A stretch of DNA of 64,000 bases from Planctomycetota bacterium (GTDB taxonomy: Bacteria; Planctomycetota; UBA1135; UBA2386), in contig JBKAGP010000001.1 of NCBI GenBank assembly GCA_046290465.1, positions 3,968,001 through 4,032,000 on the forward strand, written 5' to 3'. Below are positions 21,840 to 32,345 of the stretch, piece after piece. The notes under the pieces were generated by a model. That model was not told the origin of the DNA and searched no databases. It saw nothing but the letters and a program-made list of their open reading frames with translations. Each line of letters opens with the position of its first letter. The first letter of the stretch is position 1. The position numbers were made by a program, and so were the translations under genes.

Positions 21840-22334
21840 CTATCGAGCGAGTGCCGCAGCCAGGACGACCGCGATAAACCCTATGCCCCCCAGCACGTAA
21901 ACCCACACGCCCAGCTTCTTCGCGACGTCGTCGAGGAAGTCGGCGTACGCAAGCGCGCTGTCGAAGTGCCGCTTCTTGCCAGATCCCAAGCCTCTTTGCC
22001 GGTCCCGCCAGAACTGCGTCTGGGCCCACCCCGTCACGAGAGTGATCAAGACGGCACAGACGATCGCCAGCGCAAGTGCGGCAAGCCCCACGATGTCGAG
22101 CAGGAAGCCAACACCGCCTTCGACGTCGATCTTTCGCGAGAACGCCATGAGCAAGGCCGCAAGGATCGCCACCGACTTGCAGCTCTCGAGGCGCTTGCTG
22201 AGCCCCTTCTCGTGGAGATCGAGGTCCAGATCGAGAGTGGGCTCCACCGCCGGGACGTGGGCCGCTTCGAGCGCCCTAACGCGTTCTTCGAGATCCCTGA
22301 TGCGCCGCTCGTCACCCTCGGACTGGTTACTCAT
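21840..22334 (-). CDS. Hypothetical membrane protein (164 aa)
   Basis: Coiled-coil N-terminus and 2-3 TM segments. Confidence 0.55.
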   Translation of the reverse strand: MSNQSEGDERRIRDLEERVRALEAAHVPAVEPTLDLDLDLHEKGLSKRLESCKSVAILAALLMAFSRKIDVEGGVGFLLDIVGLAALALAIVCAVLITLVTGWAQTQFWRDRQRGLGSGKKRHFDSALAYADFLDDVAKKLGVWVYVLGGIGFIAVVLAAALAR

Positions 22335-22990
22335 ACTCTGTGTCTCCCATGCAGGCTGCAGGCGCCGCTAGTGATCGCCCGACGCAACCGGATTGGCGCG
22401 TTCGGCAAACATGCACTTATCAGGCCACACGACCCCCGCAGACAACATCTTGCAACGCTTCTCGGGCCGCTGACCATGAGCTGAACGGGCACTCACAAGA
22501 GAGAACGCGGCCGGGCGTCTGGAGGCGACACCGAATCAGAGGAGATTCGAGACCTGTTGAAGCCGGGCGACACGGGCGTCATGCCTCGGGTATTCGCCTA
22601 GGTAGCTTCCCGGTCAGAGTTGCGAAGCCCATCAGTCGAAGGTGACACCATGAAGGCCGTGACCAAAGAGCAGGCTCGTGAGTTGCTGAAGTCGCTTGGG
22701 CTGCGGCCGACCAGCACGCAGGAGCGCATTGTGATCGCCTGGCACGAGCGTGTTGCGAGCGATCTCCAGGCTTGCCTCGCCAACCTAGAAGCCCTCACGC
22801 AGGCGCACGTGGCCATGATCGACCGAGCACTAGACGCCGACTCGAATCCTGGTCGGCAGGGCCGACTGATGGGTGGGGCACCTAGCAGGTGTCCCCCATC
22901 TTCCTAAGGCCGCCAAGGGTACAGCGCCTTCGGCGGTGGCACCGACGAAGCCCGATGGCCCACGAGCAGCGCCGGCGCATCGGATTGCTT

Positions 22991-23494
22991 TCACCAAGGG
23001 CGCTGCCGCGATCTCGGGACCTGCTTGGTGTCTGCGCCCTTGGCGATGCGCTGAGCAGTGGCCAACTCGAGACGGTAGCGCGCTGCGACGGTTGCTGGTT
23101 TGACCTTGCGCACGCACAACAGCCAGACGACATGCGGATGCGCGGCGATGATCGAGCCGACCCTGCTAGCACGGAGGCCAACAGCCGCGCCGATCTCGGC
23201 GCGAGTCAAGCCGTCCTCTGCCAGCTCGAGGATGCGGTTGTCGCGTTCGCTGTGGTCTACGCGGATCGGTGGGGACGGGCGCTTGCGCTTGAGCCCCCGC
23301 GTCGCCCGCTGGACGACACTCATGGATCGACCTGTCGACTCCACGATGTCCGCGAGCTTCATGCCTGCACGGAACAGCTCCCGAATGCGCTCACGCTCCT
23401 CGGCTGAGACGTTGGCGGAGCCCTTGGGTCGAGTCACGCGATCAGCTGACGTTTCGTCTGCGGGTTGGTTAGGCGTGATCGTCCAGGCGAGCAC
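22991..23494 (-). CDS. Tandem helix-turn-helix DNA-binding protein (start uncertain)
   Basis: ERERIRELFRAGMKLADIVESTGRS and RDNRILELAEDGLTRAEIGAAVGL. Confidence 0.6.
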   Translation of the reverse strand: MLAWTITPNQPADETSADRVTRPKGSANVSAEERERIRELFRAGMKLADIVESTGRSMSVVQRATRGLKRKRPSPPIRVDHSERDNRILELAEDGLTRAEIGAAVGLRASRVGSIIAAHPHVVWLLCVRKVKPATVAARYRLELATAQRIAKGADTKQVPRSRQRPW

Positions 23495-23801
23495 TTGGAC
23501 CGTTCTGCTTCACGGACGCGATCCCGTTCTCCATCGCCGCATCGCCGCTGTACATCTCGCTCTTGCCGATGATCTCGCCGTTGCCCGCCTTCAGGACGAA
23601 GTAGGGGCTGCCGGCAGATGACGTGCGTCGGTCGTAGCGTTCATCGAGCGGCGAGTTGGTTCGCACGGACTCGATGCCGTTCTCCGCACTCGCCTTCTGC
23701 TTGTACCGCTCGCTGGTGAGGATGATCTCACCGTTCGCGGCCTTCAGGTTGAACATGAACTGACCATCGCTGGTCGGCTTGAGGTCGTACTTGGCAGCCA
23801 T
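23469..23801 (-). CDS. yegP: YegP/DUF1508 family protein
   Basis: Two repeats FMFNLKAANGEIILTSERY and YFVLKAGNGEIIGKSEMY. Confidence 0.93.
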   Translation of the reverse strand: MAAKYDLKPTSDGQFMFNLKAANGEIILTSERYKQKASAENGIESVRTNSPLDERYDRRTSSAGSPYFVLKAGNGEIIGKSEMYSGDAAMENGIASVKQNGPSARLDDHA

Positions 23802-24045
23802 CGCCCCAGATTGCCACCGGGAATCATGTCCTGCAACTTGCATCGGCGTGGTCGACGCCTCGATCCGCGCTACGCCTGGCGCCGTCCGCCTGTCAAGGAC
23901 CGCCTGATCGGAGCCACCCCAGTTCGGCCATTCGGAGCCACCTCTCGAAGCCGGATTCGGACTGGCACAGGCGACGTTTCGGGATTGGCACAGAAGCCTG
24001 ATCGCGTTCGGCAGGAATCACGCCCAGTTCGGCCAAACGGAGCCA

Positions 24046-24780
24046 CTACGCGCTCCGCGGCTGGCGGAAAGACCGCCCATCGATGACGACGACGTGGGCA
24101 TGGTGCTGCACGCGGTCCATCGCCGCGCTGGCGAGCAGCTCATCGACGAAGAGCGGCGGCCATTCCTCGAGCGCACGGGTGCTCGTGACGATCATCGCGC
24201 CGCGCTCGTAGCGTTGCCGGATGACCTCGTAGCGGTCGATGGGCTCGTCGTTCTCCAACGGTCGCAGCCCGAGATCGTCGATGATCAGCAGGTCGGGGCT
24301 CGCAAACTTGGCGAGGCATCGGTCGTAGCTGCCGTCGGCTCGCGACGCGCGCAGCTTGGTCAGCATCTCGTGCGCGGCGACGTAGAGCACCGAGTAGCCA
24401 GCGCGACACGCGCGGTGACCGAGCGCCTGCGCGAGGTGCGACTTGCCGACGCCGGTCGGGCCGACGAGCAGCACGTTCTCGTGTCGCTCGACGAAATGGC
24501 ACGTCGCCAGGTCCACGATCTTGGCCTTGGGGATCTGCGGGTTGTAGGCGAAGTCGAAGTCTTCGATCGTTCGCTGGCAGTCGAAGGCGGCGCGGCGAAG
24601 GCGCAGGTGAAGCTGCTTGGCCTCGCGCCGCTCGACCTCGTCGTTGAGCACGCGAAACAGGAAGTCGCGGTTGCTCAGGTTGTCGTCACTCGCTTGCCGC
24701 TCGCGGAGTTCCATCGTCTCGAGGACGCCAGAGAGTCGGAGCTTCTTCAGCACGCTGGTCAGGTCTTGGATCGTGGTCAT
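24046..24780 (-). CDS. istB: IS21 helper ATPase IstB
   Basis: GPTGVGKSHLA, LLIIDDLG. Confidence 0.95.
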   Translation of the reverse strand: MTTIQDLTSVLKKLRLSGVLETMELRERQASDDNLSNRDFLFRVLNDEVERREAKQLHLRLRRAAFDCQRTIEDFDFAYNPQIPKAKIVDLATCHFVERHENVLLVGPTGVGKSHLAQALGHRACRAGYSVLYVAAHEMLTKLRASRADGSYDRCLAKFASPDLLIIDDLGLRPLENDEPIDRYEVIRQRYERGAMIVTSTRALEEWPPLFVDELLASAAMDRVQHHAHVVVIDGRSFRQPRSA

Positions 24781-24864
24781 CGGTGGCTCTTGATGGGACA
24801 CGGGAGAAGCGCGGCTTGTTCGACCAGTGGCTGGCAAGACGATCGCCATCGCCGGGGATCGGGA

Positions 24865-26343
24865 TCAGGTCGAGGCCGCGCCGGAGGATGTCTTTGATCC
24901 CGGCGTGGACTGGTTGCCGTAGTGCATGGCCCGGATGCACGCCGCGTTGGCGCGCTCGACGGGGAATCGCTGCAAGTGCGTGACGACCGCCTGGACCTGG
25001 CGCAGCTTGTGGAGCACGTCGTCCGAATCGAAGATCGCCGCCACGTAGTCGCCGACGGGCTTGCCGATCTCGTAGGCCAGGGACTGCCAGTGATCGCGGC
25101 TTCGGTGCCGCAGCGCGGACCGCTGGTCGGGCAGGTGCGATTCGATCGTCGCACGCTTGCCGCGCGACACGCGATCGTGCGTGCAGACGTGCTTATCGTC
25201 GTGGTAGAGCGTGACCGCGAAACGCGTCAAACGCAGCTCTACGTGCTCCCCGACGAGGTTCCAGGGCGCCGAGTAGAACTCGCCGCGGCACACGACGTGG
25301 CAGTCGCGATGCACCTTGGCGCGGTGCCATGCGACCAGTTGCATGCGCTCACGCGGCAGCGGCAGCAGCGCGTCTTTCTCGCGCTGGGCGAAGACGTCGG
25401 CAGGTCGCTGGTCCGTCGTGCCGTGACGTCGTTGGCCGGCGATGTCGATCAGCCATCGATGCATGCCGACGCGCGCGTCGCGGACGTCTTCGGGCGCGTG
25501 CGCTTTGAAGTAGTTGGACTTCACGTAGCGCACCGACGACTCGACCTTGCCCTTCTTCTCCGGGCTGCGTGGCGGCGTCGGGTCGACGACGAAGCCGTAG
25601 TGGCGCGCGAGCTCGCGGTAGCTGCGGTTGAGCGTGACCTCGTCGTCGACGCCGAAGGCAGCGCGGACGACCGCCGCCTTCAGGTTGTCGGGCACGATCG
25701 TCTTCGGCACGCCGCCGAGTTCTTCGAAGCACTCGATGTGCAAGCGCAGCCACGTCTCGACCTTCTGGTCAAAGGCGAGGCGCGCGACCATGTGCCGGCT
25801 GTGGCCGAGCGTCATCACGAAGACCCACGCCTTCTTTTCCTTGCCCGACTCGGGGTCGTAGAGCTTGCCGACGTAGCCGAAGTCGACTTGCGCGACGTCG
25901 CCGACCGCCGTCTCGACGGGCATCGTCACCTCGCCTGGCTGCACGCCGCGTTCGCGGCGCAGGGCCGCGCAGCGGCGCTTGATCGCCGACAGGCTGCCCG
26001 CGAAGTCCGAGTGCTCGAGCCGAAGGAAGTCGAAGATCGCCGTCGGCGGCACGCCTTCGCCGGACTTTGCATCGACGATCGGCAGCCATCGTTCGATCGA
26101 TGACTTCTGCTGCGGCGGCGTGCTCGGCGGCGCGTGTTCGTCGACCGCGGCGCGAAGCTCCTCGATGGCTGGTAGGTCTCTCGGGTCGCCGCTCAGCAGG
26201 CCGGCCGCCGACAGCGCCTTCGTGTAGCGGGCGATCGTGTTGCGCCCCATCTTCAGAAGGCGGGCCGCCGTGCGGCCGGGGACGCCTTCGCGGTGGAGTC
26301 GGACGAGATCTTGTAGACAATGCATGCTGAGCCTCCTGCCCAT
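24865..26343 (-). CDS. istA: IS21 transposase IstA, with probable C-terminal frameshift near 24910
   Basis: AQVDFG, VPDNLK, KGKVE; the typical tail AGIKDILRRGLD..PRFSR lies in another frame. Confidence 0.93.
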   Translation of the reverse strand: MGRRLSMHCLQDLVRLHREGVPGRTAARLLKMGRNTIARYTKALSAAGLLSGDPRDLPAIEELRAAVDEHAPPSTPPQQKSSIERWLPIVDAKSGEGVPPTAIFDFLRLEHSDFAGSLSAIKRRCAALRRERGVQPGEVTMPVETAVGDVAQVDFGYVGKLYDPESGKEKKAWVFVMTLGHSRHMVARLAFDQKVETWLRLHIECFEELGGVPKTIVPDNLKAAVVRAAFGVDDEVTLNRSYRELARHYGFVVDPTPPRSPEKKGKVESSVRYVKSNYFKAHAPEDVRDARVGMHRWLIDIAGQRRHGTTDQRPADVFAQREKDALLPLPRERMQLVAWHRAKVHRDCHVVCRGEFYSAPWNLVGEHVELRLTRFAVTLYHDDKHVCTHDRVSRGKRATIESHLPDQRSALRHRSRDHWQSLAYEIGKPVGDYVAAIFDSDDVLHKLRQVQAVVTHLQRFPVERANAACIRAMHYGNQSTPGSKTSSGAAST

Positions 26344-26437
26344 CTGGTTCCTCGAGGGGGTAAGTGATTCCTCGAAGATCCCGGGTGGCAGGGGGCTCAC
26401 CCAGTTCCAGACTCGCTTCCGGCTCAACCCGTCACAG

Positions 26438-26541
26438 GTGGCTCCGCTTGGCCGAACCGGAGTGGCTCCGTTCTGCCGAACTGGCCTGGCTCCGTTTGGC
26501 CGAACTGGCGGTGGCTCCGCTTGGGCGAACCGGAGTGGCTC
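26438..26541. repeat. Tandem about 24-bp IS21 subterminal repeats (TGGCTCCG..GCCGAAC)
   Basis: Four full copies plus a partial one; inverted copies at 23908-23942 and 24024-24045. Confidence 0.88.
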
Positions 26542-26595
26542 TCATAGGGCGGTCTGTGACACCGCCAAGGTGTCACCAGCCTCCCAGCTGCACAG

Positions 26596-28278
26596 CTATG
26601 AGCCGGCCTTCCGCGTGGACTTGCGTGGCTTCCTAGAGGCGCGCTTCGGCTTCGCGGCCACCTGGAGAGACTGAGACAGAGATTCTCGGTGTTCCGTAGT
26701 CAGATATCCCGCGGTGTGAAACCGCTGCAGGACGCTCGGATCGATACTGCCACCCATTTTGATGAACGCATCGAGTCTCTGATGCAGATTGCGCTGCAGC
26801 ACGCCGGAAAGCCGCGTCAACGTTGCAAGCAGGTGCTGCTGATGCGACACAATGAGCCCCCCAACTTCATATGCTTTCCGAACCCTAGCGCCGATCGTCA
26901 GCATGTCGCGCATACCCTTAACGATAGCGTCAATGAACATTGTCTGATTCGAGTATATCTTGGGCACCGCGAACGGGAGGTCGCCCTGCTCGAGCCTCGT
27001 ATTTTTCGGAATTGCGTCGTATATTTTCTGGATCTCGCGATAGAACGAAACGTTGCGCAAACCCGAAGTCGCCCAACCAATAAACGTCATGATCGCGGCG
27101 CTGCTTAGCGACACTGAGACGATAAATATAAGAGCACTCTTCAGAAGGTCGACGAGGAAGCCGTCATACTGCTTCTTGAAGCTTTGAGCGAACGGGAACT
27201 CATCCAGCGGGAAGTCCTTTGCGCCAACATCCAACTCCGTTCGCATCTGAGTCTTTGCGCGATCGAGAGCATCCAGCAGCGCCATCGTAGCTGACTTGGG
27301 CACGTCCTTCGAGGCGATCAAGAAAGCATAACTTCCCAAAGTCGTGACGTTCGCGCCACCGTCGTAGACGTTCTTAAAGCTGGTACTCCGGAGTCGCAAT
27401 GTATACTTCCGATTGATCTCCGGTATAATCGGAGGATCGATCGACATGAGCGCGAACTTCCTCTCACCGCTTACGCCATCGCGCTCGGCAAGCTTCTTAG
27501 TAACCTCGGGCAGGGGCGCACCAGCAATCGTGAACACGACGGATGGCCCATCGGCTGTCCCAAGCGAGTTCAGAGCCTCTTTGAAGTCCATCCGGAGATT
27601 GACCCCGGGCGATATGCCGCAATGATCCAACACATACTGGGCGAGCACGCCACTACCGCTGCCGACGGGCCCCATGCTAATAGAATGGCTCCGGAAGAAG
27701 CTCCGTATGGCCTGGGGACGCGGGTCTTCGGAAAGGCCACTGCGCCGAATTACCGGCTTGTGATACTCGACAGCCGACTCGCCGCCGCTTTTCTGGTTGC
27801 CGCCGACTTCACGTAGGTGCTTTTCCCATGCCTCGCGAGAGTAGATGATGTGCATTCGCTCAACATACAAGGGCGTTATATAGGCTATATGATCTCGAAT
27901 GAAATCGCTGGACGCGACGGAGTCCTCCTGCACCAGCCCAAAAGACCTGTTGTATTTCATGACGCGCTTCGCGTTGTCAAGCCCACCTCCTGACGGCTGA
28001 TTGCTGACGGCGATGGGACTCCACCCTGACGTCTCGCGCTGAATAGCCTCCCCCACTCGGATATCAAACCCTCCTTCCGCACCACTGTGGAATTGATAAC
28101 TCTCCTGAGTGATGCCGAGATACAGCTGCGTCAGCAAGTTCTTGTTCGGGTCATATATGTCGACGACATACTTGTAGATCCCAACTGCCATCAGCAAGGC
28201 CAGCGCAAGCATGAGATGGCGCCACCAGGGCCTCTGAGTGGCGAGAGAAGCCAGATCTTGCGCCTTGTCTTGTTCCAT
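26596..28278 (-). CDS. TAXI-family solute-binding-like protein with TM anchors and C-terminal tail
   Basis: SGAEGG, SGGGLDN, FGLVQED, PLYVERMHII, MGPVGSGS; TM near each end of the domain. Confidence 0.78.
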   Translation of the reverse strand: MEQDKAQDLASLATQRPWWRHLMLALALLMAVGIYKYVVDIYDPNKNLLTQLYLGITQESYQFHSGAEGGFDIRVGEAIQRETSGWSPIAVSNQPSGGGLDNAKRVMKYNRSFGLVQEDSVASSDFIRDHIAYITPLYVERMHIIYSREAWEKHLREVGGNQKSGGESAVEYHKPVIRRSGLSEDPRPQAIRSFFRSHSISMGPVGSGSGVLAQYVLDHCGISPGVNLRMDFKEALNSLGTADGPSVVFTIAGAPLPEVTKKLAERDGVSGERKFALMSIDPPIIPEINRKYTLRLRSTSFKNVYDGGANVTTLGSYAFLIASKDVPKSATMALLDALDRAKTQMRTELDVGAKDFPLDEFPFAQSFKKQYDGFLVDLLKSALIFIVSVSLSSAAIMTFIGWATSGLRNVSFYREIQKIYDAIPKNTRLEQGDLPFAVPKIYSNQTMFIDAIVKGMRDMLTIGARVRKAYEVGGLIVSHQQHLLATLTRLSGVLQRNLHQRLDAFIKMGGSIDPSVLQRFHTAGYLTTEHRESLSQSLQVAAKPKRASRKPRKSTRKAGS

Positions 28279-28872
28279 TGCAGCAGTGCTCCGCCTGTGT
28301 GAGTGGTGTGTGGTCGCTCAGGCTAGCCGACAAGTTTTACCGGGCACCAGACACTCGATTAATACGTCACGAGGAGGCGACCAATAAACCCACCAACAGC
28401 CGGCCTATGTGCGGCTTCGCAGAAGAAAGAAGCGTTGGATCCGTGCTTGCGGCCACTCAAAGACGACTGATTCGGTCCGCCGTCCGGAAGCCACGACCGG
28501 CAGCAATCGTCGCGCCAGTCACGACGCCCGAGCGCGCACATTCCAAACGCTGATCCCACCCGTCACCGGACAAGATTTCCCCAGCTACTGCGACCCCCGC
28601 GCCCACGAGACGGGGCCAGTCCAACCGGCGTCGGCTTTTGGCCGCTGCGGCGAACGGCCGTCCGAAGTCGGCCCAGACTCGCCAACTCTGCCGTCGGTCG
28701 ATGCCGCGCCCATCGTCATGCTCTCGGCACCAGTGCACTTGCCCTCGCAGCTTCAATGTCGATGAGAGGGCCGCCGGCGACAACAAACACCACTCCATCC
28801 TGGCTGCCTCCCCCATCTTGGCGACGTCGCTGCCGCTTGCGGTCTGGGCAGAAGCTCGGCGCCGCCCCCTGG

Positions 28873-30462
28873 TCAGCTATTTCGAATGACTCGGTTCCAA
28901 GGCGTGGCCGCGATCTCCAGATGACCCTTAAGCCCCGGTCGTGTCCTCTGCTCCAACGGCAGGGAGAAGCGCAACCCCGAGTTGTCGGGGAGCATTGACG
29001 CTTCCGCTGCGACCCCTGGCTTGCCGGGGTTGGTCTCTTGCAAGCCGTAGCGGATGCGCCAGCCAACAGGACTGTCCTTATCCGGAATTGCCTCGACCAG
29101 GATGAGCTTTCGCAAGATGAACCCTCCCTCGTAGTGGCGGTCAAGGAATAGGAATCCATCCACCTCGTAGTCGGGCACCATCACCTTTAGGTCGAACGCG
29201 AAGCTCACCGAGCCGGACGACTTCACGCTCTTCGCAGGATCAAGAAAGACTGAGAACAGGTGAGGACTGCGACTCCGGTCTAGTTGCCGCTGACCTCCAC
29301 GCTTCGGAAACAGTTCATCGAAGGTCCGGAAGATCGCCGAGTGCTCGCGCACCTCCTGTCGCGTCATCTGCCACTGGCATCCGCGCACACTCACCGCTAC
29401 CTCGAACTCGTAGGACGCCTTGATCGACTTGTCGTCGTCGAGCGCCCTCTGGACTTCGACCGGCAGGCTTATTTCGTCGATGTTGAGCACACCGTCGACG
29501 CGTAGCGAACCGAACAGGAAGCGAGTGAGGTTCTGGTAGCCCTCTTCCGAGTTGACGATGCCGTAGTGCCCCGAATGGCTCCTATGCACGTAGGCGCGCG
29601 GCGATGCCACCTTCCGACCGCTCGAGTCGACAGTATGCGTCGTCGCGTTCTCGAGCCGCACCAGCCCATCACTGGCTGGGCCCGCTGCCCAGGCGGACAC
29701 GCCGCCGAGCACGCCGTAATCGCTGGAGTTTGTTCCGATGAGGTTGAAGACTCTCTCGGCCGGATAGCCTTGCAGCTCCGAAACATCTGAGGCTCCTGGC
29801 GGTAAAGCTAGGTACTGGGCCATGCGGCCGCGGTTGAAGTTGTCGATGCTGCCAAAGGTCAGCCAACCCGGAACGTTGCGAACGATGCGCAGGTCGATGC
29901 CGTTGTGGGGCGTCGCATAGGTGAACACCTTGTCGACACATTTGCGCGCATCATCAGACCCGAGCTTCGGATTCTGCAGGAAGGCGCGACAGATCAGTCC
30001 GCCCATCGAGTGCGCAACCAGGTAAACACGAAAGTCCTCGGGTGCGACGCCGTTCTTCGGGTTGGCGCAGATTCGCTCTCGAAGCCTGAGGATCAGGTGG
30101 TCGAGCCCCTTGGCGAAGTGCTCCATCGGCCGTGCCTGACCATCTCCGAAGTCATTGGACACCTCATCGTAGTAGCGGTAGATGACGATGCTACGGTAGG
30201 GAATGGGCAGACTCTGCGGCTCAATGCCGGACAGGTCAGCGCCGTCCACGAAGACGTCATCGTAGTCGTGATCACTCATCAGGCGGACGAGCGGCGACTC
30301 GAAGTAGTAGCGGCGCATGTCTCCCGTCCATGCCTTGCGCGATTTCGTCGAGCCGATGTTGAAGCCCATGTAGGGGTCGGCAACTGTCTGTTCGATCTCG
30401 CCCTGAGTGGCTGCGAATCCGCGAACGTAGATGATCGGGTGCTTTGGGTGGTGGCTCGGCAT
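28873..30462 (-). CDS. Alpha/beta hydrolase (lipase/PGAP1-like)
   Basis: PIIYVRGF, VYLVAHSMGGLICR, TYATPHNG, SDGLV, HSGH. Confidence 0.85.
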   Translation of the reverse strand: MPSHHPKHPIIYVRGFAATQGEIEQTVADPYMGFNIGSTKSRKAWTGDMRRYYFESPLVRLMSDHDYDDVFVDGADLSGIEPQSLPIPYRSIVIYRYYDEVSNDFGDGQARPMEHFAKGLDHLILRLRERICANPKNGVAPEDFRVYLVAHSMGGLICRAFLQNPKLGSDDARKCVDKVFTYATPHNGIDLRIVRNVPGWLTFGSIDNFNRGRMAQYLALPPGASDVSELQGYPAERVFNLIGTNSSDYGVLGGVSAWAAGPASDGLVRLENATTHTVDSSGRKVASPRAYVHRSHSGHYGIVNSEEGYQNLTRFLFGSLRVDGVLNIDEISLPVEVQRALDDDKSIKASYEFEVAVSVRGCQWQMTRQEVREHSAIFRTFDELFPKRGGQRQLDRSRSPHLFSVFLDPAKSVKSSGSVSFAFDLKVMVPDYEVDGFLFLDRHYEGGFILRKLILVEAIPDKDSPVGWRIRYGLQETNPGKPGVAAEASMLPDNSGLRFSLPLEQRTRPGLKGHLEIAATPWNRVIRNS

Positions 30463-30602
30463 GCTCGAGGCCCTACTCGGAAATGGTCATCGAGATGTGC
30501 GGATCTAGGCACTGCCACGCTGCTCACGGGCAGGTGGCGTGAGGCCGGATCAAGCCTTAAGCTGCTCAACCCTACGGCTGACACGCCGACGCACCGCACT
30601 CG

Positions 30603-30854
30603 CTACGGGTAGAACGACTTCCAGGTCTGCTCCTCTCCGTCCACAAGCCACTCGCCGAAGTCAGCGGCGCCGGCCCACCCGGTGTTCATCCCGGTTGCCG
30701 AGATGAACCGGAAGTGTCGCCCGTCGGGCGTACGGTAGAGCGTGGCCGAGACGTAGTCGTCTTCGTCGTCCTGGTTGCGATAGTCGTAGCTGTCGAGCTC
30801 GGTGGACTTGCCGCACAGGTCGGCCCAGTCGATTTCGGATTCGTTCTCAGTCAT
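30603..30854 (-). CDS. Small acidic hypothetical protein (83 aa)
   Basis: Plausible composition; co-oriented with neighbours. Confidence 0.55.
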   Translation of the reverse strand: MTENESEIDWADLCGKSTELDSYDYRNQDDEDDYVSATLYRTPDGRHFRFISATGMNTGWAGAADFGEWLVDGEEQTWKSFYP

Positions 30855-30956
30855 GAGGATGCGTGGCTGCGGTCTTCTCGGGTGGCAACTGTCCGACCAA
30901 GGTCTACTGGCGAGAACGCCAGACGAAGCGACAGCCGGACACAGGTTCTGGCTCGG

Positions 30957-32345
30957 CTACAGTGAGCCTCGCGTGTGCGGAGCGGGGCCGATCCAGCCGG
31001 CGCCGGCTGTCGGTCGCTGCAGCGACTGACCGACCGGCGTCGACCCAGGTTCGCTCACTCCGATGTCGGTCGACGTCACGCCGGTCGCGATGCCCTCGGC
31101 GCCGGTGAACGTGCCTTCGTAGCTCAGCAGCTCGATGAGTGTGCCATCGGGGTCAACAAGCGCCACGCCATCCTTGGGTCCGTTCTGGATTCCGACGATG
31201 TCGAACGCACTGGCGCCGTTCGGCACCGAGCCGGTGATCGTGCCGCTGAGGGTCTTTGTTCTGTAGATCTGGCTGTCGCGCCCGTTGTAGAGAACCAGGC
31301 TCCAGCCGGAGAGGTCGGTGCCGACGGGGCCGGCAACCTCGATGAACTCACCCGTGTCCGCACCAGCGTTGTCGTAGTGGATCTCGCTAACCCAGACTGC
31401 CCCGGCCACCGGAGGCGCTGGCAGGTGGACCGGCGCGCTCGGGCACTGCGCTCCCCAGAGCGTGTGAACCCACTCGGGGTGGTCGATGAACGGGTTGCGA
31501 TTCCCCTGAGCGGCGAAGATCGCGTCGTTGCGCTGACGCTCGAGGTTGTCGACAGGGTCTTCGCAGTGCCACTTGAGCAGCACCGACAGCATGCCCATGT
31601 AGGCAACATCCTCGTTGTTGCCGGTTTGGCTGGCTTGGATGAAGGCTAGGTTGTTGGTGAGGATCAGATCGGGCTCATCCGAACCGGTCAGGTGCTGGCC
31701 GCCTTCGTAGCGCACGTCGAGGTAGAACAGGGCACGGGCGACGTCGCCGCGGCGACCGACCCAGGTCTCCCAAGCCCCAGACTGCGTCCAGTTCGAGTCT
31801 CCTGGGTAGCCGCCCCCTTGGCCGCCACGTCCGAGATTGGTCTCCGTGACCTTCTCCGTAGCGTTGGCATCACAGGTGCCGTAGGGCTTGTTGCTGCGGC
31901 TGCTGTTGTACCTGGAGTTGCAGAGGAACAGGTGGTGGCAGTCCGTGTAGGGGTAGTTCGAGGCCCCATCGTGCGGGAAGCCGTAAGACTTGGGCCACGA
32001 GTGCTCGCGGTTGTAGTTGCTGTTGCCGCCCCCCGCCTTCGCGTAGCTGGCGTTCTTGTAGAGGTCGATGACGTTACCGGAGTCCGTCGGGTCTTGGTCG
32101 GCGGCCTCAAGCACATCCCAGGTGTCGGTGGCCGAGCTTGTGTAGGGGACACGCGTGTGGTCGTCGATCAGCTCATGGAGCGAGAGGCGGAGCTCCGCGG
32201 GTGTCCCGGCCTGGACGGACGCGTAGTAGTTCCGCGATTCCTCGCAGCTAGGCGCTTTCGACGGGGACGGCGATGATGCGTGCCCTGCGACGAGGAAGGC
32301 AACTGCGGGAATCGCGAGCAGTTCGCGGAACAGGCGAGGACGCAT
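30957..32345 (-). CDS. Extracellular endonuclease I (Bsn-like) with C-terminal lamin-tail domain
   Basis: Signal peptide; NREHSWPKSYGF, GDVARALFY, QGNRNPFIDHPEW; WVSEIHYDNAGADTGEFIEVAG. Confidence 0.92.
   Translation of the reverse strand: MRPRLFRELLAIPAVAFLVAGHASSPSPSKAPSCEESRNYYASVQAGTPAELRLSLHELIDDHTRVPYTSSATDTWDVLEAADQDPTDSGNVIDLYKNASYAKAGGGNSNYNREHSWPKSYGFPHDGASNYPYTDCHHLFLCNSRYNSSRSNKPYGTCDANATEKVTETNLGRGGQGGGYPGDSNWTQSGAWETWVGRRGDVARALFYLDVRYEGGQHLTGSDEPDLILTNNLAFIQASQTGNNEDVAYMGMLSVLLKWHCEDPVDNLERQRNDAIFAAQGNRNPFIDHPEWVHTLWGAQCPSAPVHLPAPPVAGAVWVSEIHYDNAGADTGEFIEVAGPVGTDLSGWSLVLYNGRDSQIYRTKTLSGTITGSVPNGASAFDIVGIQNGPKDGVALVDPDGTLIELLSYEGTFTGAEGIATGVTSTDIGVSEPGSTPVGQSLQRPTAGAGWIGPAPHTRGSL

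Larger units (their letters stand above)
23891..26561 (-). mobile_element. IS21-family insertion sequence with both ends
   Basis: TGTCA...TGACA termini, about 50-bp imperfect inverted repeats, 5-bp target duplication CCGCC (23886-23890, 26562-26566), istA-istB. Confidence 0.93.

Noticed and set aside
22620..22907. Small plus-strand ORF (also 14064-14420 and 20426-20600 fragments)
   Set aside because: Plausible starts but no recognisable motif; too little support to annotate
26438..26541. CRISPR-like repeat array
   Set aside because: Repeats abut without unique spacers, have inverted copies at the other IS end, and no cas genes are present; these are IS21 terminal repeats
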